A DNA stretch of 64,000 nt from Octopus sinensis (GCF_006345805.1 NC_042997.1:15190001-15254000), one strand, 5' to 3'. Positions 34,866 to 47,299 are shown, counted from the first letter of the stretch. Translations and numbers: made by a program. Notes: a model not told the origin generated them from the letters alone.

Positions 34866-35373
34866 GAAAGAGTGGAGGCGCAATGGCCCAGTGGTAGGGC
34901 AGCGGACTCGTGGTCGTAGGATCGCGGTTTCGATTCCCAGACCGGGCATTGTGAGTGTTTATTGAGAGAAAACACCTAAAGCTCCACGAGGCTCCAGCAG
35001 GTGGTGGTGAACCCTGCTGTACTCTTTCACCACAACTTTCTCTCACTCTTTCTTCCTGTTTCTGTTGTACCTGTATTTCAAAGGGTCAGCCTTGTCACAC
35101 TGTGTCATGCTGAATCTCCCTGAGAACTACATTAAGGGTACACGTGTTTGTGGAGTGCTCAGCCACTTGCATGTTAATAAATGAACTGCGACGTCACTAG
35201 TGCCAAGCTGTATCGGCCTCTGCCTTTCTCTTGGATAACATCGGTGGCGTGGAGAGGGGATGCTAGTATGCGTGGGCGACTGTTGGTCTTCCATAAACAA
35301 CCTTGCCCAGACTTGTGCCCGGAGGGTAACTTTCTAGGTGCAATTCCATGGTCATTCATGACCGAAGGGGGTC
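34866..35373 (+). mobile_element. Chimeric SINE: family-B head and body + family-D tail
   Basis: ggaggcgcaatggcccagtgg head and body as in 40656-41037, switching at about 35178 to the tail seen in 330-516. Confidence 0.85.
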
Positions 35374-35554
35374 ACATAAAGAGAAAGAAAGAAGAGGCAA
35401 GGAGACTTCTTATACGAACAATTGAAAATTAAGTTTTGCAGATGACAAATGTTTTACTCTGGATCCGCAATGTGGTTACTCAACCTTTCAAACAGTAACC
35501 AAATCTCCTACAAATAACCTCCTACTTTATTAAAAAAGAAAAAAAAAATTGATA

Positions 35555-35947
35555 GGCGCAGGAGTGGCTGTGTGGTAAGTAGCTTGCTAACCAACCACAT
35601 GGTTCCGGGTTCAGTCCCACTGCGTGGCATCTTGGGCAAGTGTCTTCTGCTATAGCCCCGGGCCGACCAATGCCTTGTGAGTGGATTTGGTAGACAGAAA
35701 CTGAAAGAAGCCTGTCGTATATATGTATATGTGCGTGTGTGTCTGTGTTTGTCCCCATAGCATTGCTTGACAACCGATGCTGGTGTGTTTACGTCCCCGT
35801 CACTTAGCGGTTCGGCAAAAAGAGACCGATAGAATAAGTACTGGGCTTACAAAAAGAATAAGTCCCGGGGTCGATTTGCTCGACTAAAGGCGGTGCTCCA
35901 GCATGGCCGCAGTCAAATGACTGAAACAAGTAAAAGAGTAAAGAGTA
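35555..35947 (+). mobile_element. SINE family A
   Basis: Full-length consensus match. Confidence 0.92.
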
Positions 35948-37655
35948 ATGCAATCACCATTATATATAATGACTGTCAAAAGGATGCGATCCCTATGACA
36001 AGAGCTAACTTAGTGCTAAACAACAGCAAAACTAATGGAGATTTGTTCTTAAATGGGTTACACTGTTTTTCTCTCTTGTAACTACATTAAAGATTGTTGA
36101 AATATATCTTTGAGCTTTCACTTGCTTCAGTGATTATATTATAATCGTCTTAATGCCCATTTTTCCATGGGTCAGACGGCTAGATGTCCTTACTCTCATC
36201 AATCATCATCAGATTTTAAGTAAGGTAAAACTTTCTCATTGCCAGCCATATTTTTGCGGAAGACAAGAAATGAAGGAAATTGCTTGTATGATGGAGACGT
36301 TCATTTACGAGTATTGTACCGTGTCAAAACAAGGGGGACACACACGACGAACTTATTTCAGTTTCCTTCCATCAAATCTTCTCGCGAAGCTTCAGCTGAC
36401 CCGGAGCTATAATAGAAGACAGGCTCTAAGCCCAATCAGTGGGACTGAGCCAAAAACCAAATGGTTGCAAATCATAACCACACACACACAAGAATTACAG
36501 AAATAACTGTATAGTTTAGCTTACTGTCGGCAGCCAGTAATGAAAGAAATGGGTCCTTATAGTCAAGGATTGCTCAATAAAGTGATATGCGCATGTATGT
36601 ATAAGTGGTATGATTAGTAGACAACAGAAAAAAAAAAGAGGCATGAAAAACAGATGACTAAGGGAAATAGAGGAAATCATGACGAAAGAATATATATATA
36701 AAAAAAGATTTTTCATTGATCGAGAGAAAGCATTTTAACAACTCAATTTGAAAGGAGCTAGCTTGAATTTCGTTGCCCTCGAACAAAACCCCTAGAGAGG
36801 CGGTGTTGGATGTAGGGGGGCTTCCGTAAGAGACGTTGGCACTTCAAAGACGATTGGAGTTTTGATTTCTTTGAAATTGCCGCAAAGATAAAAAGACACA
36901 TCAGTCTCAAAAGCCATTTCTCACAGTCAAATAAACACATTAGTTTGTAATGTTAGAGAGAAAGGGGACAGAAGGAAAACAAAACTGAGCAAAAATTCAA
37001 GAACAAGAAATCATATCACTCTAACAATAATAACCGTTAGTCATATACATATATATATATTTTTTAATATATGCACTGTCGAAGTGAGTACAACAACAAT
37101 AATAATAACAAAAAGGGACAATAAAGGAAAATTGAGCAATAAAAATAGAAAAGAACTGATTATATTATATAGATGTATCAAGCCTGTCAAATAAATTAGG
37201 TTCACATGGCAAAAATGTATGCAGAATCAAAAAAGGAAAAAAAAAAAAAAATGCTAATTTGTGTATACACGTGCACACGTGTGTGTGCATGTGTATAGCG
37301 AACCCGGCCTTTCTTCTCTTTTCCTTTTGACATTTTAAATAGGTACGAGTCCTTGGAAGGGAAATTAGGAAAGCTATAACAATACTGCTTTATCACGATA
37401 ACATGAAGTGGAATGACATCATCCGATGCTGGGATTTGCTGAGCAGTTTTTTTTTGTTTTTTTTTCTCGTACACGAAAGAGGGATAGAGATTGAAAATAA
37501 AACACACCCTCCATCCAAAAAAAAAAAAAAAAATGTTGGTTTTACTAATTAAATGTGCTCCTTTTTCACAAATATTTTAAATTAAAAAAAAAAATAAAAT
37601 ACAATATAAAAAAAAATTTACAGAAGACTGAGCGGTCCAAACAATTTCCTCTCAC

Positions 37656-37858
37656 ATGCGCTCATAAAAGTTTAAGGAAATTGTGACTGATCCATCCATC
37701 GAATGCTGCGACGAGAACCAAGGATAGCGAATGGCACAATTGCATGTCGATTTGCTCGACATGTAATCTCTTTCAACTGGCGTCAGAGAAACCGGTGGAA
37801 TCACCTTAGGGGCAGGGATAGCTGAAGCGACAAGCAAAACGGCCTCTATTTCATGGAT
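37656..37858 (-). CDS. Candidate 203-nt internal coding exon of an unidentified gene
   Basis: Acceptor atttgttttcAG. The frame IHEIEAVLLVASAIPAPKVIPPVSLTPVERDYMSSKSTCNCAIRYPWFSSQHSMDGSVTISLNFYER stays open exactly to a possible AT|GTGAGA donor; unspliced, it stops at 37652. Unique, CpG-rich sequence. No protein family recognised. Confidence 0.4.
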
Positions 37859-38335
37859 CTGAAAACAAATTAGTCTGGGAAAATATTGTTTATGTGTGTC
37901 AATGTGCTATTGGAATATTGATAACCTTACTCTTTGGTGTATGTAAATATATATATTTAAAATCATTAGGCGGGCTGCTTAACAAACAGTAAATTCTATA
38001 ATCGTAGATGAAAATGCTGTTGTTTAGCCTGATGTCAGCTCTGATTTGGTAGATTTTATCCAAAGATATTCCAGCCATAACCATTTCTGAATTTATTCAG
38101 ATGCAGATTAAGGGTTAAACTTTGTGTCCTTTACACACACAAATAATAATTTAAAAAAAACGCATTCTGTGGGAAATTTGGCTGTTATTTCTGGTAGACT
38201 CAATAATTACATAATGCTTCCCAGTGTACCAGATAATACGTTATGATTCCATTTTCCTGACGGAGGCATATAACAAAAACAAAATTTCTTGCTTCTCACA
38301 TAAAAGTGTCAAATACAAGAACATCTGTATCTTAC

Positions 38336-38366
38336 ATTAAGCGAGCTTCTGCGACATTGAACACTG
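38336..38366 (-). CDS. Candidate 31-nt exon (28 nt with the tandem NAGNAG acceptor)
   Basis: Acceptor gactgttgtttccAG (followed by CAG) and donor AAT|GTAAGA. Read as SVQCRRSSLN, it splices in frame to the 37858 exon. Confidence 0.35.
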
Positions 38367-38505
38367 CTGGAAACAACAGTCAAATCTCAGTTAAATCACT
38401 CTAGTGTCTTAAAAAATAAAGACATCTTGAGACTGCATTAGGTAGATATCCCAGCACCAAGGCTCTCCTATAATTCTGGATGGGTACTGAAATCTTCGGC
38501 ATCCG

Positions 38506-38740
38506 GTGGTTGGCACAAATTTTTGGCCGTTTGCCAGCTCCGTCTGGCACCTGTGCGGGTGGCACGTAAAAAGCACCCACTACACTCACGGAGTGGTTGG
38601 CGTTAGGAAGGGCATCCAGCCGTAGAAACACTGCCAGATCAGACTGGGCCTGATGCGGCCTTCCGGCTTCACAGACCCCAGTTGAACCGTCCAACCCATG
38701 CTAGCATGGAAAGCAGACGCTAAATGATGATGATGATGAT
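38506..38740 (+). mobile_element. RTE LINE 3'-UTR copy
   Basis: One internal unit, palindrome and (GAT)n tail. Confidence 0.85.
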
Positions 38741-39010
38741 CTCTTGAGAATGTCTGGCCATGGGGAAATATTTGTTGGGAGAAATGTGAGGGTTGGTGAG
38801 AGGAAGTGCATCTGGCTACAGAAAAATCTGCCTCAATAAACACTGACCCATACAAACATGAAAAAGTGGACCCTAAATGATGATGGTGACGAGATTATCT
38901 AAGCAAAAAAAAAAGTATTTAGAATATTGAAACAAGCAAGGAAGACAAAAGTTTTGAACACTATCAATAACGCAGACTTGTCTTTAAAACCAACCGGTGA
39001 TAGCAAGACA

Positions 39011-39428
39011 TACTCTTTACTCTTTTATTTGTTTCAGTCATTTGACTGCGGCCATGCTGGAGCACCGCCTTCAGTCGAGCAAATCTACCCCGGGACTTAT
39101 TCTTTGTAAGCCCAGTACTTATTCTATCGGTCCCTTTTGCCGAACCGCTAAGTGACGAGGACGTAAACACACCAGCATCGGTTGTCAAGCAATGCTAGGG
39201 GGACAAACACAGACACACAAACATATACACACACACACACACACTTATATATATATACATATATACGACAGGCTTCTTTCAGTTTCCGTCTACCAGATCC
39301 ACTCACAAGGCATTGGTCGGCCCGGGGCTATAGCAGAAGACACTTGCCCAAGGTGCCACGCAGTGGGACTGAACCCGGAACCATGTGGTTGGTTAACAAG
39401 CTACTTACCACACAGCCACTCCTGCGCC
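39011..39428 (-). mobile_element. SINE family A
   Basis: Reverse complement of the consensus. Confidence 0.92.
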
Positions 39429-39785
39429 TGTTTCAGTCTATTTACATTTCATCAGCAAAGCATGTTCCATTCAGCTGGCAAGACTATGAGTCATCAATAT
39501 ATAGAGAAACAGTGGAAATATAGTGATGCTGGTTATGAATATCAACTTGGTTGTGAAAAACTGTCAAAGGGAAGAATTGCATACTAAATATAAATACAAC
39601 AGTCTCACATATTCAGTACAGTGGTGTTCTGTTTTTAAATTTTTAACAACACCACTAGAAGTAGTTTTCATTTCCTTTTCTACAAATTACTTAGCCAATC
39701 TTAGTTAATCAAAGTTCTTCAGACCCAACTATATCCGTATTTAGTATTCAAAATGCTCCACAGAGGAATTTTCCCTTAGCTATGC

Positions 39786-39992
39786 TACTCTTTTACTTGT
39801 TTCAGTCATTTGGCTGCGGCCATGCTGGAGCACCACCTTTAGTCGAGCAAATCGACCCCAGGACTTATTCTTTGAAAGCCTAGTACTTATTCTATCAGTC
39901 TCTTCTGCCGAACCGCTAAGTTACGGGGACGTAAACACACCACCATTGGTTGTCAAGCGATGTTGGAGGGACAAACACAGACACACAAACAT

Positions 39993-40037
<45 letters not shown>

Positions 40038-40203
40038 TACGACGGGCTTCTTTCAGTTTCTGTCTACCAAATCCACTCACAAGGCTTTGGTTGGCCCAAG
40101 GCTATGGTAGAAGACACTTGGCCAAGGTACCATGCAATGGGAATGAACCCGGAACCATGTGGTTGGTTAGCAAGCTATTTACCACACAGCCTCTCCTGTG
40201 CCT
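39786..40203 (-). mobile_element. SINE family A (more diverged)
   Basis: Reverse complement of the consensus with more substitutions. Confidence 0.88.
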
Positions 40204-40655
40204 GTATCCATCCAGAATTATAGGAGAGCCTTGGTGCTGGGATAACTACCCAATGCAGTCTCAAGATGTCTTTATTTTTTAAGGCAGTAAAGTGATTTAA
40301 CTGAGATTTGACTGTTGCTAATATTTATTAATCAGTGTTAATAAGTTCCAGCTTTCCTCTAATTAAATTGCCATCATCATTTCTGTGCTGGCATGGATTG
40401 GGCAGTTTGATAGAAGGAGACAAAGCCAGAGGATTCGCTAAGCTCCAACATCTGCTTTGGCATAGTTTCTATGGTTGCATTTTTTTCTGAAGTATTTAAT
40501 TGTTGAGAGGGTGTAAAGTCCACAGAAATTGTACTGAAGGTCGAAGGAGATAACATCTTTGAAAACTTTGTTCATTGTTATACACTTGTCCGCTATTCTA
40601 CCTTGAGAATTGTTATCTATTACTTTTATCTTTTATGTCAAGAAGTAACTAAGGT

Positions 40656-41037
40656 GGAAGCACTCCGTCGGTTACGACGACAAGGGTTCCGGTTGATCCG
40701 ATGAACGGAACAGCCTGCTCGTGAAATTAACGTGTAAGTGGCTGAGCACTCCACAGACACGTGTACCCTTAACGTAGTTCTCGGGGATATTCAGCATGAC
40801 ACAGAGAGTGACAAGGCCGGCCCTTTGAAATACAGGTACAACAGAAACAGGAAGTAAGAGTGAGAGAAAGTTGTGGTGAAAGAGTACAGCAGGGATCACC
40901 ACCATCCCTGCCGGAGCCTCGTGGAGCTTTAGGTGTTTTCGCTCAATAAACACTCACAACGCCCGGTCTGGGAATCAAAACCGCGATCCTACGACCGCGA
41001 GTCCGCTGCCCTAACCACTGGGCCATTGCGCCTCCAC
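40656..41037 (-). mobile_element. tRNA-derived SINE, working family B, with a 12-bp TSD
   Basis: Head ggaggcgcaatggcccagtggttagggcagcggactcgcggtcg, B box gtt(t)tgattcc; TSD agtaactaaggt at 40644-40655 and 41038-41049. Confidence 0.9.
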
Positions 41038-42296
41038 AGTAACTAAGGTATGAAACCAAAGACATTTTCACCATCGCTTCATATCTGTTTTCAGTGCTGG
41101 CATGGGTTGAATGGTTCGACAAGAACTAGTGAGCCAAATAATTGTGCCAAGCTCCAATGTCTGTTTTGGTATGGTATCTACAGCAGGTGCTTTTTGTGTG
41201 GCACCAGCACTAGTGAGTTCACCAAGTAATTTGCAAGACAAAACACCCTCAACTGAGGTGGGCATAGTGCCGAGGGAGGTGGCTTTATGCCAAGTGATGA
41301 GAATTTAAAGTGTGAAAGAGGGACAAGAACAGATATCTTGCTGTAGTGGAGATACATGGCTATTCCAGTTGGCAAAAGAGAAAAGACAGCAGCGAAGAGT
41401 TGTCGGTCCAGAAGACTGGACACTGTGAATAGGCAGCTACGTTTGTAAAATTGTGCAACAGTTTGACTACATGTATAATTCTTTAACAAATCTTTATATA
41501 TTGTTACAATGCCCTTATTTTCATATCAGAGAAAAGTGCATATGGCTACAATTCCAGTAAACAAAGTACACTAATTGCCTCAATAAACTGTGGATACTAA
41601 AAACATGTGTCAGTAATATGTATGTCATACATAATTTAAAATATTTATCAGCCAATGGTAATGGTCCTACATATAATATAAATAATATATTATGTCGTTG
41701 ATTTAATTTCATAGTTTATCAGTGAATTGTCTTATGAATAATATTAGTCTATGTGTATAATTTGTCTTAAATATCTTTCTATGGTTAAAGCATTGCAAAC
41801 ATAAACCTTTGTAGAATGATATATATTTATACTAATGTGAAAACCAGTGTACTTTATGTTATGTTACTTTAGGTCATGTAAGTTAGTGATTCAAGAAATA
41901 GATTGATAAAACAAACCAAGATAATTCCTGGATTCAATATTGAAGACGATGTCACAGAATGACTGCAGTCTGATAACTGAATCAAATAAGAAAAAGACTT
42001 ACACAGATATATATATTCATAAATATGTATTTATTCCTACATAAACGTGGGTGTTCTGTTAGAACAAATTTTACTGCTGTAGACACTATGAGAGAAACTC
42101 TCATACTGGCTTTTGAAGCAAAATGTGATATAAACAAGCAATATTACAGGAATTTATATAGACAAGAGGGCATTTTGCACCAAAAAACCAATCAGAGCTT
42201 CTCTCATGGTGTCTTCTGCAGTATAGTTTGCCCTAACAGAACATCCACATTTAAGTGGGGATAAATATTACCTCTCAGTATCAATACTGCCTGTGT

Positions 42297-42446
<150 letters not shown>

Positions 42447-42728
42447 GGAGGCGCAATGGCCTAGTGGTTAAGGCAGCGGGCTCGCAGTCGCAGGATCGCA
42501 GTTTCGATTCCCAGACCGGGCGTTGTGTGTGTTTATTGAGCAAAAACACCTAAAAGCTCCACGAGCCTCCGGCAGGGGATGGTGATCCCTGCTGTACTCT
42601 TTCACCACTCTTTCTGTTGGCCTGCTCACCTAGGCAGCGGGGTGGCGTCATTCGAAGACTAAAACAATGCGAACGCATTGTGACCAGCGATGTGTAACAA
42701 CATCTGGTCGGTCACGTGATCACGTGAT
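42447..42728 (+). mobile_element. SINE with the family-B head and a third, distinct tail
   Basis: Same head and core as family B to ...tactctttcaccac, then ctttctgttggcctgctcacc...ggtcacgtgatcacgtga. Confidence 0.82.
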
Positions 42729-42741
42729 ATACACATATATA

Positions 42742-43282
42742 CAAGGTTATTAAAAAAGAATGAACTGATTTCATTATACAATATTTTGATAATGAAAAGC
42801 AATAGAAAACTCTAGCTAAGTCACAAGTATTTATTCACAATGAACTTTTATTTCCTGTCTTACAAGTTTTCAATGTGGCCACCACCTGCAGCACGGGCAA
42901 TATCAATGCAATAAGAGAATTCCTCCCAGACGCGTATCAGCTTATCATGATCCACTGAGAACTTCTTTGGCTGTCTGGTTGAATGCTTTATCGAAGTTTT
43001 TCAATTTCCCTTCTATGTCAATATCTTCTGGAATTGCCTCAAGGAAATCAAATTTATTCTTTAGTTCCATAATGAACTTGCTTTTGATATGCGTCTAGAA
43101 GGAATTCACTTATCGCATTGATATTGCCCGTACTGCAGGTGGTGGCCGCATTGAACACTTGTAAGAGAGGAAACAAAAGTTGATTGTGAGCAAACACTTG
43201 TGATTTAGCTGGAATTTTCTATTGCTTTTCCTAATTAAAATATTGCATAATGAAATCGGTTCATTCTTTTTGAATAGCCCTG
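42742..43282. mobile_element. Tc1/mariner-superfamily fold-back MITE, 541 bp, 198-bp TIRs, TA TSD
   Basis: 42742-42939 is the reverse complement of 43085-43282 (about 25 mismatches by hand count, no indels); TA at 42740-42741 and 43283-43284. Confidence 0.92.
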
Positions 43283-43356
43283 TATATATATATATATATA
43301 TATATTAACCAGCAGCTAACCCCAGTTTCACCTGGTCTGTTTGAATGATGTGGCTG

Positions 43357-44095
43357 TTTCATTTCATTTCATTTGGGTTTGAGTCCATGCTCAGGCCAAG
43401 TCGAAGACTCCACCCTCAGAGTCTGGTGTGGTTGCCAGGTTGTATTCTCTGCTTAAATTTGACATGTGTAGGAGCGAGTTTGAGTCAGTTTGTGCTCGTT
43501 GTGTATATCCTGGGAGATGGGGTTCATCTCTAATGGTGCTTAAGTATCTATCCAGTTGCAATTTGAATGATTCCACACTGCATCCTGATAGATTTCTGAC
43601 ATGTACCGGAATGGAGTTGAACAGTTGTGCTCCTCGAACCAACAGACTTGATTCTCGCAGGGTTTTTGCTGCCTGGCCAGCCTTTTTGTTGATTGGTGGC
43701 AGCTGGCAGCGTCTTCCGTGGCGCAGTGAGTGGTAGGTTTTGATACCAAAGTTTGGCACCTTCTGCTCTATCATTTTCCAAATGTATATAATTCGGTATC
43801 GCTCAAATCTTCTTTCTATTGAGTACATCCTCAAGGTTTTGAGTCTTTGCCAATAGTCCAGGTCCCTCGCTTCTGAGAAGTATGAGGTAAAATTTCTTTG
43901 GAGCGATTCTATCTTAGATAGTTGGCCCTTTGTTGTTGGTGACCACAACTGAGAACAGTAGTCAATCCTCGGAAGTATCATACTGTTCCAGAGGGTTTTC
44001 ATTGTTGAGGTATCTCTTGATTTGAAGGTGCGCAAGATCCACCCGCTGTACTTTCTTGCAGTAAGACAGACTGAGTCAAGGTGTTCTCTGAATTT
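43357..44095 (-). mobile_element. CR1-type LINE 3' fragment (uninterrupted post-RT ORF, (AAATG)n tail)
   Basis: ARKYSGWILRTFKSRD...LPRIDYCSQLWSP...IESLQRNFT...LDYWQRLKTLRMYSIERRFERY...AQLFNSIP...FKLQLDRYL; tail aaatgaaatgaaatgaaac. Confidence 0.9.
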
Positions 44096-44240
44096 TATGA
44101 TAGATTTCGGTTAGGCATAATCTATAACAGTGTTTCTCATCCTTATCATTTCGGGTCTCCTGTTTCGACTGGAGCCTCCAGCTGTATGAAAAATTCCTGA
44201 CTCCCCACCACCACCCCTTGTCAGAAAACAGCTTCAGGAG

Positions 44241-44740
44241 TTGTGATGAACGAATTTGTACGCAGTCTGTTTCTGAGAGCTATTCTATTGGACCTATGTC
44301 TAATCATTAAAACACTGATCTAATTATGAACATTAGAAAGAAATTATACATTAATCCCTATTTTTGTAAGCAGTTGTATCAGTAAAAATTATATTTGCAA
44401 AGAGCAGAAATTGAAAGAAGATAAATTAAATGGACGTGTGTGTGTGTATGTGCATGCATGTGTGCTTGTGCGTGAGAGAGAAAAAGAGATAGAATGAATG
44501 AGTGAAGGTGTGTGTTGTGATGATTGACGTATTTGTACGTAGTCTGTTTCTGAGAGCTATTTTATTGGACCTCTGTCTAATCATTAAAACATTGATTTAA
44601 TTATGAACATAGAAAGAAATTATACATTAATCCCTACTTTTGTAAGCAGTTATATCAGTAAAAAATTTTGTTTGCAGAGAGCAGAAACTGAAAGAAGATA
44701 TATGAAATGGATATATGTGTGTGTGTGCATGCATGCTTGC
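44241..44740. repeat. Older tandem duplication, unit about 277 bp
   Basis: tttgtacg(c/t)agtctgtttctgagagctatt...gaaagaagata occurs twice (at about 44255 and 44532) with scattered differences. Confidence 0.9.
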
Positions 44741-45069
44741 ACGTACAATTAAGATTATTAACCCTACAAAGAGGTGAAAGAAGAGAGACAGCATAACAGA
44801 AGTTTTGGCTGACTGTCATCCCATACTCCCCTTGTTGCTAGCGAAATGGTATATGCTGGCTGTGTGAGCAACTGGTTGTTTTAATGGTGGAACAAACAGG
44901 GGAATTCCATTAGAAAAAGTTTTAATCGATTTTCTTGGTAACCATGGGGGCTAGGAAAAAATACGAACTGCATTCCAATCTATGCACATGTGTGCCATTT
45001 TTCATGCAAATCCACCCAGCCGTTTGGCTGGGAACCTCAAGACAAGAAAGAATGCAATGATTGCCCATG

Positions 45070-45303
45070 TCCAAAAACACCATCCGAGCGTGGCTGTTTC
45101 GCCAGCCTCGTCTGGCACCTGTGTCGGTGGCACATAAAAAGCACCCACTACACTCACGGAGTGGTTGGCGTTAGGAAGGGCATCCAGCTGTAGAAACACT
45201 GCCAGATCTGATTGGCCTGGTGCAGCCTTCGGGCTTCCCAGACCCCAGTTGAACCATCCAACCCATGCTAGCATAGAAAGCGGACGTTAAACGATGATGA
45301 TGA
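45070..45303 (+). mobile_element. RTE LINE 3'-UTR copy
   Basis: Unit, body and (GAT)n tail; followed by an inverted family-D tail fragment at about 45314-45408. Confidence 0.85.
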
Positions 45304-45409
45304 TATATATAAGATCCCCTTCGGTAATGAATGACCATGGAATTGCACCTAGAAAGTTCCCCTCCAAGGCACAAGCCCGAGCAAGATTGTTTATGGAAGA
45401 CCAGTAGCA

Positions 45410-45698
45410 ATACAGTTGGAATCAAAACATCAAACCTTGCTGCTAACTCACACGTAGTTTGAGATGTATCCACTACAGCCTCCAACTCATCATTATTGAT
45501 CTTGGTCTCAAGTCTACCACAGGGCTGATTTTCAAGAGTAAAGTCACCAGACAGGAACTTCTCAAACCATCAATGTACAGTGCACTCATTCACCACATCT
45601 TCACCTAACACCTCGTTGATGCTTCAAGCTGTTTGGGATGCATTGGTTCCATGGCGGAACTCATATTCATAAGCAACAAGAACTTTTGATGTATCCAT
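45410..45698 (-). mobile_element. Mariner transposase N-terminal (HTH) remnant
   Basis: MDTSKVLVAYEYEFRHGTNASQTA*SINEVLGEDVVNECTVH*WFEKFLSGDFTLENQPCGRLETKINNDELEAVVDTSQTTCELAARFDV resembles the Hsmar1/Mos1-type DNA-binding domain. Confidence 0.85.
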
Positions 45699-46061
45699 GG
45701 GTTCACAAAAATTGATTTACAAGAGAAAATTCACAATATAATCAGACACCATGAATTGCATTTCAAAAAGTGATGCTGTAAAACAAAGTATTGTCAAGGT
45801 AAAACATTAGAGTTAATGACTGTCAATTTTAGTGCATAAGAAAATCAGACATTTCATTCTTATTGATCTGATATATGTAAATATATGCACACTCACACAC
45901 ATGCACATATATGTATACATCCATCTGTGAAGCTTAATAGGATGCAATCCCTTGGCAGCTAAACCACACAGCCCCATGAAGTCAACCTTATACCCAGATA
46001 GCACCTGTGAGACATCACCCACCTACCTACATGGCGAAAACTAACTTTATATCCTTTAGAG

Positions 46062-46262
46062 CAGTGCTTTTCAAACTTTTTGCTGGAGCAGAACCCCAAG
46101 GAAACATTCCACTGGCTCGGGGAACTCCTGTGCAATAATTTAATAGTCTTATGCACACATATCTGCACAGGAGAATTAAAAATTACTGCCAATTTTAGCA
46201 GTTTTGTAACTTCTTGCGGAACCCCTGGACTGTACTGGCGGAACCCTGGTTGAAAACCACTG
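46062..46262. mobile_element. hAT (Charlie-like) MITE, 201 bp, 8-bp TSD
   Basis: CAGTGCTTTTCAAAC...GTTGAAAACCACTG termini; TSD ctttagag at 46054-46061 and 46263-46270. Confidence 0.92.
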
Positions 46263-47299
46263 CTTTAGAGACTGCTGTTTGGCTTGGCAAAGTGCATCCC
46301 ACCCCCTGTTATAACAAGTATGGCCACCATTGCCCTGACTTTCCAGCTAGTCTACTGTAAGCTCTGTCTCCAATTTTAGTAATTCATACATTCCAAAGCC
46401 ACCATCCTACTATAACCTTCCCTCTTTTTGTCACTACAGTCACTATTATGAAGAAACATGACTCCACAATTAAGCCAAACAAACCTACCAGATGACTGTA
46501 AAATTTTCTTTTCCACTCTACATAAATTAATAAATATCCCACACCAGTTGACCGTAAACCATCTTCTTTCCCAAAGTTTCCCCCAGGCAGACAAAATGCT
46601 TAGTGGCATTTCTTTCAGCTTTGTACTTTCTGAGTTCAAATTCTGCTGAGGTTGACCTTGCCTTTCATCCTTTTTTTTTTTTTTCAGGGGTCAATAAAAT
46701 AAGTACCAGTCAATATACTGGAGTCAATGAAATTGACTTACACCCTCCCCTAAAGTTGCTTTGTGCTAAAATTTGAAACCGCTATTAGCAAGCTTTGTGG
46801 AGAGATGTTAGTCCAAGTGAAGGCTGTCTAACTAGAAGTCTGAATGAAATTTGGCATGGCATTTAGGATACTGCACTAACTAGGAGAGCAGTAACTAATA
46901 ATAATTCTGCAGTGAAGAGACAGAGATTCCACAAGCTACAGTAAATGCAGGAGAGCAGTAACGAAATAAAACTAAGAAAATACAGAGGAGACACTTTATT
47001 CTAGATAAACAACTTCTCTAGCACAGGTGCAAATAAAATGCACCTGGTTGTAAAGTGATTGATGATAGGAAGAGCATCTAGCCTAGAAAGTATGCCAAAA
47101 TCATGGCCACCCCAAATGTAATGAAAACTTCTAGTCATGGACTAACACTATGTTTATGCTAGACTAACATAGTAGGTGAGGTGATTAAGTGGGAACAGGT
47201 TGTTTTGTTGATAATCAATAACTTTTGCATCCTTTCAGATGCAGAAAAAATAATAAGACAATAAACAACCCACCTTTCTTCCTGTCAAGTACAAAACTT

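Noticed and set aside
34866-34945. SINE heads (families A-D) as real tRNA genes
   Set aside because: They have A and B boxes but no complete cloverleaf, and they continue into multi-copy SINE bodies with TSDs.
36525-36555. 31-nt minus-strand exon candidate (THFFHYWLPT, GTAAGC donor)
   Set aside because: The acceptor lacks a convincing polypyrimidine tract; too weak to report without transcript data.
37735-37770. Hairpin considered as a SECIS element or pre-miRNA
   Set aside because: Only an 8-10 bp stem, no AUGA/GA quartet, and no match to conserved miRNA families that I recognise.
39182-39587. Recurrent ORFs MSSNARGTNT.../YQIHSQGIGRPGAIAEDTCPRCHAVGLNPEPCGW
   Set aside because: Antisense translations of SINE family A.
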